Positions 24,362 through 35,780 of a stretch of 64,000 bases of DNA are shown here, piece after piece (position 1 is the stretch's first letter; each line of letters begins with the position of its first letter). The notes under the pieces are model-generated. The model saw only the letters and a list, made by a program, of their open reading frames with translations, was not told where the DNA came from and searched no databases. Source of the DNA: Williopsis jadinii (taxonomy: Eukaryota); contig AP024665.1 in assembly GCA_024346625.1 (NCBI GenBank), positions 930,001-994,000 of the forward strand. The letters are read 5' to 3'. The position numbers and the translations under genes are program-made.

Positions 24362-24888
24362 CTAACTTTGGGAGCGGTTCTGGTGGTTATGGCTGTTGTT
24401 GTTATGGTTATTGTTGTGGTTATTGTTATGGCGTCCTCCACGGCCTTGATTATAACCGCCCTGTTGTCTGTTGTAATTGCTTTTGTTGTGTCTATTACCG
24501 CTGTAGTTGCCCCTTCTATCATTGTTCTCGTTATTTGATCTGTTTCTCTGCTGTTGGTTTCTGCTGTTCATTGCCTTCACCTGAGGAATCAATTCTTGTG
24601 GCAATCTAAGGTATTTGATATCTTTACCCTTAACAAGGATCTCACTCAGCTTGGTGAACGTTTCACCATCGGCACTCGTCTCGATGGCATCTTTCAAAGT
24701 CACGTTCATCCAACTATCAGCCTCGATCAGGATGCCGTTAACTGTTTCGCCGGATTTGAGCTCCACAAGAAGTGGTTGTCCCTTTGCATGTGTCACAAGG
24801 TATATTGGCAGCTAAAGCACAAAAAAGACGCACAATGTTAGTAACAGCATTATCAGCAGCTGCAATGAGTCGCACTATCACTCACCAT
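24362..24888 (-). CDS. LSM4: Sm-like protein Lsm4; exons 24888-24886 (ATG only) and 24811-24362, 150 aa
   Basis: Join reads M|LPIYLVTHAKGQPLLVELKSGETVNG; 74-nt intron GTGAGT...TACTAAC...TAG; N/Q- and RGG-rich tail. Confidence 0.93.
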
Positions 24889-25535
24889 ATCGTTTCGATT
24901 AACACCCAGACACTTTCTCACTACATCAACAAAAGGCTGCTGACACTCCGTTGATTTCTGTTGACTTTTTCACATAGTTCAAGCACATTCGATAGGGCCA
25001 CTCGAGCCGTTACCCTGCCTTCCTACGAGAATGACAAAAGAACTGAAAAAAACTACAAACCAAAACAAACAAACACACACACCAAAAAAATACACGAAAG
25101 AAAAGGCCCACCTTTTTCGTCTAGAAACTTGGATTTGTTCAATTCTTCTTGGAGAACAAAGGAAGACATCACCTGTTTTCCCCTGCTTCTTTAGAACTCT
25201 AAGGGCTGTAAGTAAGAGTCTTCTTGTTGAGCTCTCGTGCTGTTGTCTCCGCCCCGCCCCTTGTTTGTTTATCTCTCTTCGTACAGATCGAAAGGGCGAA
25301 AAGGTCTCTGTGTATTCCCTTTTTGTGTGTGGACTAAGTGTTGTGGCGCTTATCCGTTGTTTACTCCGTGGAACATTGACCGTTTGTGAGATTAACAACA
25401 CCGTATCTGGTTGATCTTCCTGTGCTTATCTTTCCGTGGGACTCGCTTTTTATACACCTCTTGGTGGCTCTTGTTTGCCTGGCTGTTGGCGCATCTCTCC
25501 CCCTGTGACACATAAAGGGCCAGCGTTCTTCTTCA

Positions 25536-27599
25536 ATGTCAAAGCAAAGCAATCGCAAAAGCTTCGAAACTCAGCCATATGGCAGCCGTTCTGGTTCCAA
25601 AGGCCACTCGCATCGTCGTAACACTGGGAATTCTGGTTCTGGGACCAACGTCAATGGCAACGGCGGTTCCAATGGTGCCGTTATAAACACTGACAAGGTG
25701 ACTGATGCCGAATTTCAATCACATCAGAAGGATCGTCTTTTGTATTTGATTATGTGCTCTATAGGCGCGCATATAAGGATTGCAACAAACTCTGGTGAAT
25801 ACCTGGAAGGGACACTGGAAAATATCGACCCAACAACGATGAAAGTAGTCATTAAGCAGGATTCTAGTGTTGTTGCTGTGAATTTTGAAGACTTTACTGA
25901 TTTCGAAATATCCAGCGTTGACCTCTTCAACGAAGCGGTTGTTAGAAACATTGGTAGCTTCAAAACAGATTCTGATATCTCTGCTAATAAGGCAAGTGCA
26001 CCACGTCGTGGTGAAAACATTGAAAAATGGGTCCCAGAAGTTGGAGAGAGTACTGGTCTGGAGCTTGAGGGGTTGACGCTTGAAGACTCCAAAACTGATA
26101 ACTGGGATCAATTCCAAACGAACGAAAGAAAATTTGGTATTAAATCTGAGTTTGATGAACACATGTACACTACAAAAATCAACAAGGATGATCCAAACTA
26201 CAAAAAGAATTTGGAAATAGCAGATGCGTTGGCGAAGGATATAGAGTCTCAGGGCCATTCAGGAAATGCCCATTTGGCTGAGGAGCGTGGTGTTGCATTT
26301 GATGATAGTGGAATTGATGAAGAGGATAAATATTCTGGAGTTGATAGATCGGCCAAGGCAGTCTCCAAGGGTGATGCATTGTTCAATTCTTTGATGAACA
26401 AAGATAGTAAGAATGCAACGTTTGAGAGTGAAGTCAAGAGTAAATATATTCCTCCAACACAGAGGTCTAGATTGGAACACATTGATCCGTCAATCGTCTC
26501 GTCGTCTAAGGTTACATCGCTGCAAAAACCTTCCCAGGAACAAGCAAAGCCTGCCACGATTCCCTCAAAACCACCAGTGTCCACGGTTAAATCTTCTGTG
26601 ACGAATTCTAAATCACAGGATCAGAAAAAGAACAGCAACTTGAAGGAGATCAACTCATTGAAGGAGTTCTCTCAAAACTTTAAGATTCATTCAAAAATTC
26701 CTGAAGATTTGTTACCTATAATTACCAAGGATAAGCAAAAACAGGATGAGATTGTGAAAAAGTCCGAGGCTGAGTCGAAAGAAAGGAACAGTACAACAAA
26801 ACAAAATGCTCTTCCCCCTCAATCTCAAGCCCAAGAAAGTCTCTCAAAGGTTGCTTCTGCACAAACAAGTGCTACTAATACGCCTGTATCCAAAAAGGCT
26901 GAACTTTCTTCATGCAAGCACCATCATAAGTTGAATGCAAAGGCTGTGCCATTCACCCCTTCTTTCAACTCATCCTCTTCAAGTCCAGTTGTGTCTAATG
27001 TATCCACTCCTCATTTCAATGTCAACTCGCCAAGATTGGCACAATCGGGATACAGATCAAAAAGATCACATATGTCTTTGTTTGCTCCAGACAAATTACC
27101 ATCAGTAGACAAGAAGAAAAAACTGGGAGATAATTTTAACTTCTTCAAAGCATGCCGTGCTGAGTACAATTCACTACCAAAGAAGGATGTGAAGCACCCT
27201 TTCACGCTTGAAAGACCCTTCAACACACCACCAACATGGAGTGATAGTACAATTTCGTACAGAACTTTTTTCCCTGATCCTTCCACGTTGAAGTCTCCTA
27301 TGTTTGCCTCCATACCTCAACAACAGTTTCAACCAATGCCGATGATGAATGCGCCAGGACAGTTCTTGTATCCGCCACAACCCTTCATGCAACCTATGCG
27401 CCTTTCACCTCAAATGGCACAACCAGGATTATCAGTGCAGCCATTACAACCGATGTACATCCAACCAGGAATGATGCCTGGTGCACCAATGGGGTATTCT
27501 GGTGGGTATGCGAGAGGTTATCAAGTTGGTGGGCCTGTACCAATGCAATTGCAACAGGGCAATCCAGGCAGACCGCACAGTTACAACAAAAACCATTGA
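25536..27599 (+). CDS. PBP1: Ataxin-2 homolog Pbp1
   Basis: Lsm domain (DRLLYLI), FKTDSDIS, LsmAD (WDQFQTNERKFGIKSEFDEHMYTT...HLAEERG...DEEDKYSGV) and M/P/Q-rich C-terminus. Confidence 0.92.
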   Translation: MSKQSNRKSFETQPYGSRSGSKGHSHRRNTGNSGSGTNVNGNGGSNGAVINTDKVTDAEFQSHQKDRLLYLIMCSIGAHIRIATNSGEYLEGTLENIDPTTMKVVIKQDSSVVAVNFEDFTDFEISSVDLFNEAVVRNIGSFKTDSDISANKASAPRRGENIEKWVPEVGESTGLELEGLTLEDSKTDNWDQFQTNERKFGIKSEFDEHMYTTKINKDDPNYKKNLEIADALAKDIESQGHSGNAHLAEERGVAFDDSGIDEEDKYSGVDRSAKAVSKGDALFNSLMNKDSKNATFESEVKSKYIPPTQRSRLEHIDPSIVSSSKVTSLQKPSQEQAKPATIPSKPPVSTVKSSVTNSKSQDQKKNSNLKEINSLKEFSQNFKIHSKIPEDLLPIITKDKQKQDEIVKKSEAESKERNSTTKQNALPPQSQAQESLSKVASAQTSATNTPVSKKAELSSCKHHHKLNAKAVPFTPSFNSSSSSPVVSNVSTPHFNVNSPRLAQSGYRSKRSHMSLFAPDKLPSVDKKKKLGDNFNFFKACRAEYNSLPKKDVKHPFTLERPFNTPPTWSDSTISYRTFFPDPSTLKSPMFASIPQQQFQPMPMMNAPGQFLYPPQPFMQPMRLSPQMAQPGLSVQPLQPMYIQPGMMPGAPMGYSGGYARGYQVGGPVPMQLQQGNPGRPHSYNKNH

Positions 27600-27741
27600 G
27601 ATTACAAGAGTTAAGTTCTTCTACTTATCACTCTTTGTTACATCAAATTAGCGTAAATACAATATCACTTTGGAATTTTTAGTTCTTTTCGTTTTGTCTA
27701 ATCCTTCCCGATATGCTCGTGGCAAGTTATCTATTGCAGAG

Positions 27742-28293
<552 letters not shown>

Positions 28294-29223
28294 CTATACT
28301 ATGAGATCAAAGTCCCTGTAGCTATTGCTGGAGAGGTGGGAGAGAAAAAAAGAGCGCTATTTTGTATTTCCCAGGCTCGTTGATGCATCCCCGAAGAGGG
28401 GGTGCCACAGTAATTTTTTCTCCAGGCACAATTCACTGTGCCGGCGAACGATGGCTTCAGAACTCTTTCAATTCGTAGCTGTATAAAAAAGATACTTCAC
28501 CATTTCAGGGATTTGCCATTGATCAATTGAACCCTTCTGTTTGTGAGTTTATCGTCATTCCGTATTAGTAACTTGCTGACAAATGATGTTGTTCCCAGGT
28601 TCGCATTACATGTGATTCTACGAAACGTTCAGTACAGAGTGCCCTCATCACCTGTATTATGACTATCTATGTGTCTAGGGACACTGTAAAATTTTCAAAA
28701 CAAGAAGAAGCTTCTATGGCCAAGTTGGTAAGGCGCTACACTAGTAATGTAGCGATCCTCAGTTCGACTCTGAGTGGAAGCACTTCCTTTTTTTTCAATC
28801 TGCTTTCACCGGTCATGCATTCTGGAATGCAGCTGCATGCGTCACGATGAGGAAACATGCATATCAGCAGTCACTAGAAGATGGTGTATTCAGCATAAGT
28901 GAAATGAATACAAGAGCCCAAATGAGCTTGTAACGCATTTAGAAACCAGGAAAGCTGATGTTGGTTATTTTTAGACAGGGAAGATATTACATGGTAGATA
29001 ACGTGAGATTACCTGAAATTTCTACGTGACTGAACAGTGAAGGACAATTGTAAATTAATAAGAATAAAAAACACTGTTGGCGTCTTTAGGAAAATAAAAT
29101 TACTGGTTGTTACATGTATAATTCAAATCGTATATATTGTGTTATAAATTCTCATTCTCTTTTGGGACAGTAACAAAGGCAATTTAAGCCCTATCAACCT
29201 CTTATTATGGAAGTCCCAAGTAA

Positions 29224-30012
29224 TCACAAATGGCTAGCACCTGGGAGTGGCCATGGCTTTGGAACGAAGTAGCTGATCTCCTTTGTAGCGATACCTGCGT
29301 ACGCATTGTACCAAGCCAGAAATCCAGTAATCACACCAAACACACCACCAGCTCTTTGGCAACCAACGTGACGTGTGAACGAAGCCACCGTTAACAGGAT
29401 GAATGTGATTTCAAGTAAAAAGAACATGGAGAAGAAGGCAACAGTGGACTTCATGGTGCAAAGCAGAATCAGAAAAGTAAAGATTACCCAACCTAGCAGG
29501 AAGAATCCTATAGCATTTTCCAGTTCGATTGGATCGTCGTAGGCAGCTTTGATTCCAAACCAGTCAATTTCAATAGCTGCCCAGCTCAACCAGAAACAGC
29601 CATACGATGTTAGAACCACACTACCAAAAGTGTTCTCAAGGGCAATTTCCCACATTCCGGCTAAGATTTGCGCAAATCCTCCATAGAAAAACGCAGGTGC
29701 AACTGCAACATTTGGCGTTCTGATACCCATTGCCCTTGCATTAGCCATACTGAGAACCAGTGTTGTTAACGCGAACCCACAGAGACCAATAGGGACTGGA
29801 TTGGCAAACTTACGTTGTGGTTGAGCGTGGACACCAGGTTGAAGATCACCACCGAAAGCACTCCATAACTCTGACTTACGAACTTTCATTCTTCCAAGCA
29901 TGACAAACTCATCGTTAGGACCTGCTGTTCTAACCTGAGAGATTGGGTGGGAATCGTAGTTCAACTCTCCCAGTGAAGAAATTTTCTCCAAGTCCTCATT
30001 AATACTAGACAT
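29224..30012 (-). CDS. AceTr/Gpr1-Fun34-YaaH acetate/carboxylate transporter (ATO/ADY2 paralog A)
   Basis: AFGGDLQPG, variant NPVPIGL signature, six TM segments. Confidence 0.92.
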   Translation of the reverse strand: MSSINEDLEKISSLGELNYDSHPISQVRTAGPNDEFVMLGRMKVRKSELWSAFGGDLQPGVHAQPQRKFANPVPIGLCGFALTTLVLSMANARAMGIRTPNVAVAPAFFYGGFAQILAGMWEIALENTFGSVVLTSYGCFWLSWAAIEIDWFGIKAAYDDPIELENAIGFFLLGWVIFTFLILLCTMKSTVAFFSMFFLLEITFILLTVASFTRHVGCQRAGGVFGVITGFLAWYNAYAGIATKEISYFVPKPWPLPGASHL

Positions 30013-31340
30013 CTTGACTTTTTACTTGTTGTACTTATACTGTAGTTTTCTCAACAGCAACATGATATATTCAGTCCTGGTGGAGTGTCTAGAGTTCTTA
30101 TAGTTGGTCTTGGACCCCATTTTTGAACGAGTTCTCCAATTCCATCATTGCACCTCTTTTTCTGTGAAGGTTTCACAACAAGTACTACACCACAACTTCA
30201 AATTCAGCATCTTCATCACCACCCTAAAGCAGTACTGCTTTTCGAATGTTGAAGGTGGAGACTACCCTTCAAAGTCCACCTAGGAATCGCATGGTTGCTT
30301 ACTGAGTACGCACAAACAACCAGCATAGATGGAATGTGGAGTAAACTTGTGAGGGGGAGGGGGATCAGGCGAGCCTCAGCCTGTTCAAAGACCATCTCTG
30401 CCTTCCAATGGTTAGCACCCTGCTTCAGCCTATTCCAAATCTCCCCTGGCTTATGGGATCATCTCTATTGCAACCAGTGGATGCACCAGTGGTTGCCCCA
30501 GCACTAATCGTTTCCTGCACAAACTCCATGATCCGCCATGCGTTCCCAAATCTCGAATCTCCACAGTTACAGGAGGAATAGAGTTCAAAATGAGCGAATA
30601 CCTCGAAGCAGAATTACACGCAACTTTTAAAGGCACTCTGCGCTACCCCAAGGGATCTCAACAGTGGAGAAGCTGACGTCTAACGTCTCATGGCTGTGTG
30701 GACCATCCCAACACCACATACTTGTTGGTATAGACTGAGATGGTCCCATTCCATTGAAGACGGCTGATAAAATGTTGAGAGTGGGCGCCCCAGACTTTTA
30801 AGTGGATTGGTCTCTCTTAGCACAACGCTGGGGTCATTTCCCCACCAAGTTGTGGTGCGGATGAAGGGTGGAGTTGTGATTTGTGAGAAGCAGCTAAACG
30901 TGCTGTACGATTGGTGTCACTGTGATTAGCCAAGGTGGACAGTGGTTCACCAGAGGGGAAGCACTGATGCAGAGAACTCGTGTACACGGTAGATCTACAC
31001 GCCCTTGTTAGGTATTACAACGTGGTTCTGGCTCCACATGCAGATGTGCCTTGTTCAGGTATAAGGGGCTATATATGCTGTAGACTGTTCTTCTTTCAGT
31101 ATGAGTACATAACTGGCTGTGGAATCAACTCTGCAAACCATCACCAATATGGAGGAGGATATAGGCATGGCCTCATGTGTCTTGTGGTTCCATAACCACA
31201 GATGTGAGCTGTACCTACGGTAATGTTTTGAGAGTATTACAGATTGGCATTAAGAGTGAAATAAATACAATAAATAACAAGATTGGAGCGCGAGTGGTCG
31301 TCTCAAGTGCAAAGGATACCGGACCTTGGGTCTATACTGT

Positions 31341-32156
31341 TCAAGAACGCTTTGCACCAGGCAAAGGAAGTGGAATAGCAACGACATAACTGTTCTCCTT
31401 CGTCGCCAAACCTGCAAATGCGTTATACCAAGCGATGAAGGAGGTGATGACACCAAAGACACCACCGGCTCTTGAGACACCGGTCTTACGCGTGAACTCT
31501 CCAATGGTCAGCAGTAGGAAAGTGATATCCAAGAAGAAGAACAGGGAGAAGAAGGCAACCGTTGATTTCACGGTGCAGAGAACGAGCATGAAGGTGAATA
31601 TGGTCCAGCCCAGGAGGAAGAACCCGACGGCGTTGGCCAGCATGATTGGATCGTCATAGGCTTTCTTGATACCGAACCAATCGATCTGAATCGCGGCCCA
31701 ACTCATCCAGAATCCACCATACGACGATAAAGCTGTGCCACCAAATGTGTTATCTAACGAGATTTCCCACATACCTGCGAGCAGCTGGACCAACCCACCG
31801 TAGAAGCACGCAGCACCAACAGCTGCGTTTGGGATCGTGACACCCATCGCACGCGCATTCGCCATGGACAGCACAAACGTTGTCAATGCGAAACCGCACA
31901 ACCCCAGCGGAGCAGGGTTGGCCAAACGCTGTGGTGGCGGGGCGTGCACACCTGGCTGCAAATCACCACCGAATGCTGTCCAAAGCTCGGAGCGCAGAAC
32001 CTTCTGGTGGCCAATCATGAGGTACTCATCCTGGTCGCCTGTGGTGTACACCTTCGACACGGGAATCTCCCCGTGTTCGACGTCCGGTTTACCTCCAGTC
32101 GACGCATAATCCTGTGTCTGAGGGTTGTTTAGTGTTTGGTTTTCCTTGTCCGACAT
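31341..32156 (-). CDS. ADY2: AceTr/Gpr1-Fun34-YaaH acetate transporter (ADY2-like, paralog B)
   Basis: AFGGDLQPG, canonical NPAPLGL and SYGGFW motifs. Confidence 0.85.
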   Translation of the reverse strand: MSDKENQTLNNPQTQDYASTGGKPDVEHGEIPVSKVYTTGDQDEYLMIGHQKVLRSELWTAFGGDLQPGVHAPPPQRLANPAPLGLCGFALTTFVLSMANARAMGVTIPNAAVGAACFYGGLVQLLAGMWEISLDNTFGGTALSSYGGFWMSWAAIQIDWFGIKKAYDDPIMLANAVGFFLLGWTIFTFMLVLCTVKSTVAFFSLFFFLDITFLLLTIGEFTRKTGVSRAGGVFGVITSFIAWYNAFAGLATKENSYVVAIPLPLPGAKRS

Positions 32157-32440
32157 GTCTAAAAGTCTTGTCCTTGGTTGTCTGAGTATTTGCTCCAGAA
32201 ACCGTTGGTGCAGAGACAGAAAATGTGGAATTGTGTGTTGCTTTTATACCACGAACTGCCACAGGTATACAGAGGCCCGTTTAGAGGACAAAAAGGAAAG
32301 CTACAGCTGATAACGTGAAGCGGTCCCTTTTCCCTTTTGCCTACAGGCGTATGAGATCCACAATGTACGTGTCGGGACTTTTAACTCGCAGCGTGCGCTT
32401 CGGGACCACGCGCAACCCAGTGTGGGGTTATTGGTGGGAC

Positions 32441-32480
32441 CTTTGTCCGGCTTTGTCTCCATCGGCTTTGTCTCCATCGG
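32441..32480. repeat. Short direct repeat CTTTGTCTCCATCGG x2 plus partial copy
   Basis: CTTTGTCCGG CTTTGTCTCCATCGG CTTTGTCTCCATCGG seen directly, in the promoter of ATO paralog B. Confidence 0.8.
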
Positions 32481-34101
32481 CTAGCTGCAAATATGGGACA
32501 TTTCGTTGCCGTTAGCTGGAGACATGCCCGGCTCCTCCAACAGGGCCCAACTCACGGATTACAAATCACCATTGTAAAGTACGCTCTACACAGCATAGCC
32601 CGGTTGAAAAATTTTCTCCTGTGTTTCATTTCATTTCGTTGCTTTCACCCTTCAGCCGTCATGCTATGTGTGGGTGAGGTTGTTCTGTCTTCATGTAAAG
32701 ACAGAGGCGCGCGTGCATGAGCACTGCGAAGGCATCACAATAGCACAGATTGTTCCAAGAAGTTGCGAGGATCGCTTGGAGCTTGGGGCTCTCTAGAGGG
32801 GGGCATCTGGGGGAGGGGCAGGACAAATCTGTATCAGCGTCAGTTGGTGAGCCCTTGCCGTCTACCCCTCTGCTCTTCCCCATGGATGTAGAACCGTTGG
32901 TTCCTGTCGTTGAGGGGAACATGGCATAGAGGCAGAACCGACTTCTCGGCAACCGTTGTGATCCAAGTTTTAACAATGTCTTGATAACGGTTTGGTGTTT
33001 CTTGATGAGAGGTAAGCTGGGACGAGCAGAGCTTCAGTATGAACGATAGGGATAGAGCCAGTGATGGAGGACGCCTTTGTGCGATTGTCTGACAAGAAAA
33101 GAAATTGCAGGTCTGAGTGGGGTAGACCTTATATTGGCGCGATGCTACCAGGCTCTACAGGGGGATTTAGCCGGCTGAGTGGGCAGACCCACACCGTCAG
33201 CTGTTTATTAGGCGGTGCACAGCATATATTTAACACGCTGACCACCGTGACCGGTTTACGTTCTCCTTGCACCCGTATAATGTATTCGTAGCACGTTAGA
33301 GCTGGGCTGTGAGCTGGTATTTGAGGTGACTGGGAACGGTTCGCGCTGGCTGGCACATCCATTCCTACAAGTTACAGGTACAAGTTGTCGGACATGCCAA
33401 CCAACATACGTTGACAAGCTACAACACCGGAAGGACTCCGACAAGTGTTCCTGCTCGGTTCAAATGCCCTGCAGTAAATGGGCCATGTTCCATACGTTCA
33501 CTTTCAACGAACACGGTGGTGTGTGTAAAAAGCAATCCTCAACATCTGTCAGCCATTCACCCAGGGAATCGAGCGCTTCTTCTGCCTCATCACACCCTAT
33601 CGTGCGGTCCAATCAGCTAGAGCGTGAGAAGCAGCAACCGCAAAATAGTCACAAAATCTGTTTCCCAACGGGGATCATGCTATCATAGACGTATATCGTA
33701 TCTACTGGGACGACTTGGTTGTATCGTCGATGTGCAACATGCATCAGATACGTCGAAATGATGTTCAAGACACCAGTGGAGCCTTCAAAAGTCATTCAGA
33801 AATACGGCTCTGCCGATGGTGATGTCCCGCTTTTTCGAGTCCGATCTGGCATTGGGCTTTCGACGTGTGGTGCGACCCGTTTGTGGTGAGATTGGTAGGA
33901 GACGCACTGCAACCGTACAAGCTTCACTTCGCCAGTGTCAGATCACACTGTGATGTTTCATAACCAGCACAGTCGCCGGTTCTATCGTACACCATGGCCG
34001 AATATATGGTAACTGCTAGAGGTAGGCCTTCACTCCGCAGATTCCATCCTGAATGCCACTGGGACCCCGTCATGACCGGGTCCGGCCCTTAGAAAATGAG
34101 C

Positions 34102-34250
34102 ACACCCGTACACCACGGGTCTGGCTGCCCTAATATTTCTGTGACGAGGCGTGTGTGTCCATAACCAGTTTTCCTCTCAATTTTTCACCAAAAAGGTTTT
34201 TTTCACTGTTCAGAGCTTTCTCACCTTCCTCTTTCACTTTTTTTCTTCTC
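34102..34250 (+). promoter_or_regulatory. snoRNA-type promoter: Rap1 site, RRPE and pyrimidine tract
   Basis: ACACCCGTACAC (34102-34113) fits the Rap1 consensus ACACCCRYACAY; AATTTTTCA at 34179-34187; long T/C tract up to the RNA start. Confidence 0.6.
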
Positions 34251-34253
34251 CTT

Positions 34254-34452
34254 ATGAACCTTCCATAGTTTTAAACTAACGTGATGAAATCTCGCGTCTA
34301 TCTCTTCTAACGATTCTTCCCTCGGAGGTGTGAAAGCACATTTCGAGAATGGATGCCTTTTAGGCGTTCTGGGTTTCGATGGGGATGGGCATTCGACGCA
34401 ACCTTTTCTTGTTACATAACTATTTGGATGCTCTAAGGAGAAGTTCTGATTT
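34254..34452 (+). ncRNA. SNR45: Box C/D snoRNA snR45 (U13/SNORD13 ortholog)
   Basis: 5' leader ATGAACCTTCC is near-complementary to the 18S 3' end GGAAGGAUCAU. C box GTGATGA 34281-34287; CGCAACC...CTTGTTACA (complementary to 18S GUAACAAG) at ~34397-34416; D box CTGA 34446-34449. Same order as recalled for S. cerevisiae snR45. Confidence 0.85.
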
Positions 34453-34592
34453 ACCTCTAAGACTGTGCAGAAGGTTCATCATCGGTTTATAGCTCGTAGA
34501 CGTATAATGCACGTGCACTCATACCACGTAGCACGGAAAAAAGATTACAAAACATTTGACTATGAAGACTCTAAGAAGTGTTGTATTTGAAG

Positions 34593-35267
34593 CTAATTAC
34601 TCTTGTTGCTCTTCTTCAAGTCAGCAACGTCCAATTCGGCTAAGAGAACAGAAGCCCTGACGAGTTGGATAACATTAGTCAACTGCTTGAAGAGATAGAA
34701 GGGCAAAGAGATGATTGCACCGACGGAGAAGACAGAAAAAGTCTTGCCAAAGACGGTAACGTCCCAAATTGGGAAGTATGCAAGGTACAGCGCCACGTAG
34801 AACAACTCGTTGAAGAAGCACATCGTGAAGAGAACGTTTCTATCTGTGTAGTACAATCTCAACAGCCAGTTGCTCTCCTTGTCGATGCTCTTGTGAGAAG
34901 TACCACCGGTCTGTAGAGTGGCATACATGTGCATGTAATGAGATGCCAAATCTAGGGACACCAGCAGTTGGAAGATGAAGACATATTGAGGGTACAATAC
35001 GCAAAGGAAGCAGATCAAGGAACTGGTTGTACATCTATCCGTAACCATATCCAAAACCGCACCAAATCGACTGGTCTGATGGAAGTGGCGGGCCGCATGC
35101 CCATCGAGCGCGTCCAAGAGACAAGATACCGAGTAACTGGTGATGCAGTATAACGGGTGGCTCTTCATGAGTTGAAACGACACAATGGCCGTGATCACTC
35201 TCAGATACCCAATGTAGTTGGGAATGTAGTGGAAAATCGTGCTTGTCGTAGCAATCGTTGTAGACAT
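34593..35267 (-). CDS. PIS1: Phosphatidylinositol synthase
   Basis: YIPNYIGYLR; CDP-alcohol motif DALDGHAAR...FGAVLDMVTDRC. Confidence 0.96.
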   Translation of the reverse strand: MSTTIATTSTIFHYIPNYIGYLRVITAIVSFQLMKSHPLYCITSYSVSCLLDALDGHAARHFHQTSRFGAVLDMVTDRCTTSSLICFLCVLYPQYVFIFQLLVSLDLASHYMHMYATLQTGGTSHKSIDKESNWLLRLYYTDRNVLFTMCFFNELFYVALYLAYFPIWDVTVFGKTFSVFSVGAIISLPFYLFKQLTNVIQLVRASVLLAELDVADLKKSNKSN

Positions 35268-35670
35268 CTTGTCAAGACCAGAGGTATCCTATTCAAAAAC
35301 AGTATCCGAAGCACCAACACTTCCGGTGATACTTGTAGTCTTTCCCTGTGTACGAGGAGAACACACCTATTGTTTACTGTTATGGGAGAGAAGGTATGTT
35401 TCTTTTGGAAAAGTTTACCCGCGATGATCGATCGGAAGGTCGGAAAAAACACACACAGCACACCATATGAGACAAATAGCCTAATCCGGTAACACACCCA
35501 ATTAGGCACTGTCGGAGTGATTGGGGGTATAAAGTGAGTATATATTGGCTATTTAGTAGATATGAGTGGTTGATGGAGATCACTTGATCATCTTACGTGG
35601 ATTTGTGCGTTAGTACTCCTTCGTGTTTGATTCCGGGTCCCCAAGCTTTCATTGTTGATTCCTTTTAGGG

Positions 35671-35703
35671 CTCATCGCATCTCATCCCGATGTGAAATTT
35701 TTC
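35671..35703 (+). promoter_or_regulatory. Double PAC + RRPE elements
   Basis: CTCATCGC, CTCATC and TGAAATTTTTC about 80-110 nt upstream of the RIX1 ATG. Confidence 0.75.
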
Positions 35704-35780
35704 AAGGACATAACTTCTTCGGAGCTTTAACAACTCCAACACGGTGAGAGCAACTCGGAGTGAGACTAAAAGTGAGGAAT

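Noticed and set aside
32200..34100. Possible telomerase RNA in the long spacer
   Set aside because: No template matching the TGGGTGTC repeat seen on either strand; the many short ORFs here look non-coding.
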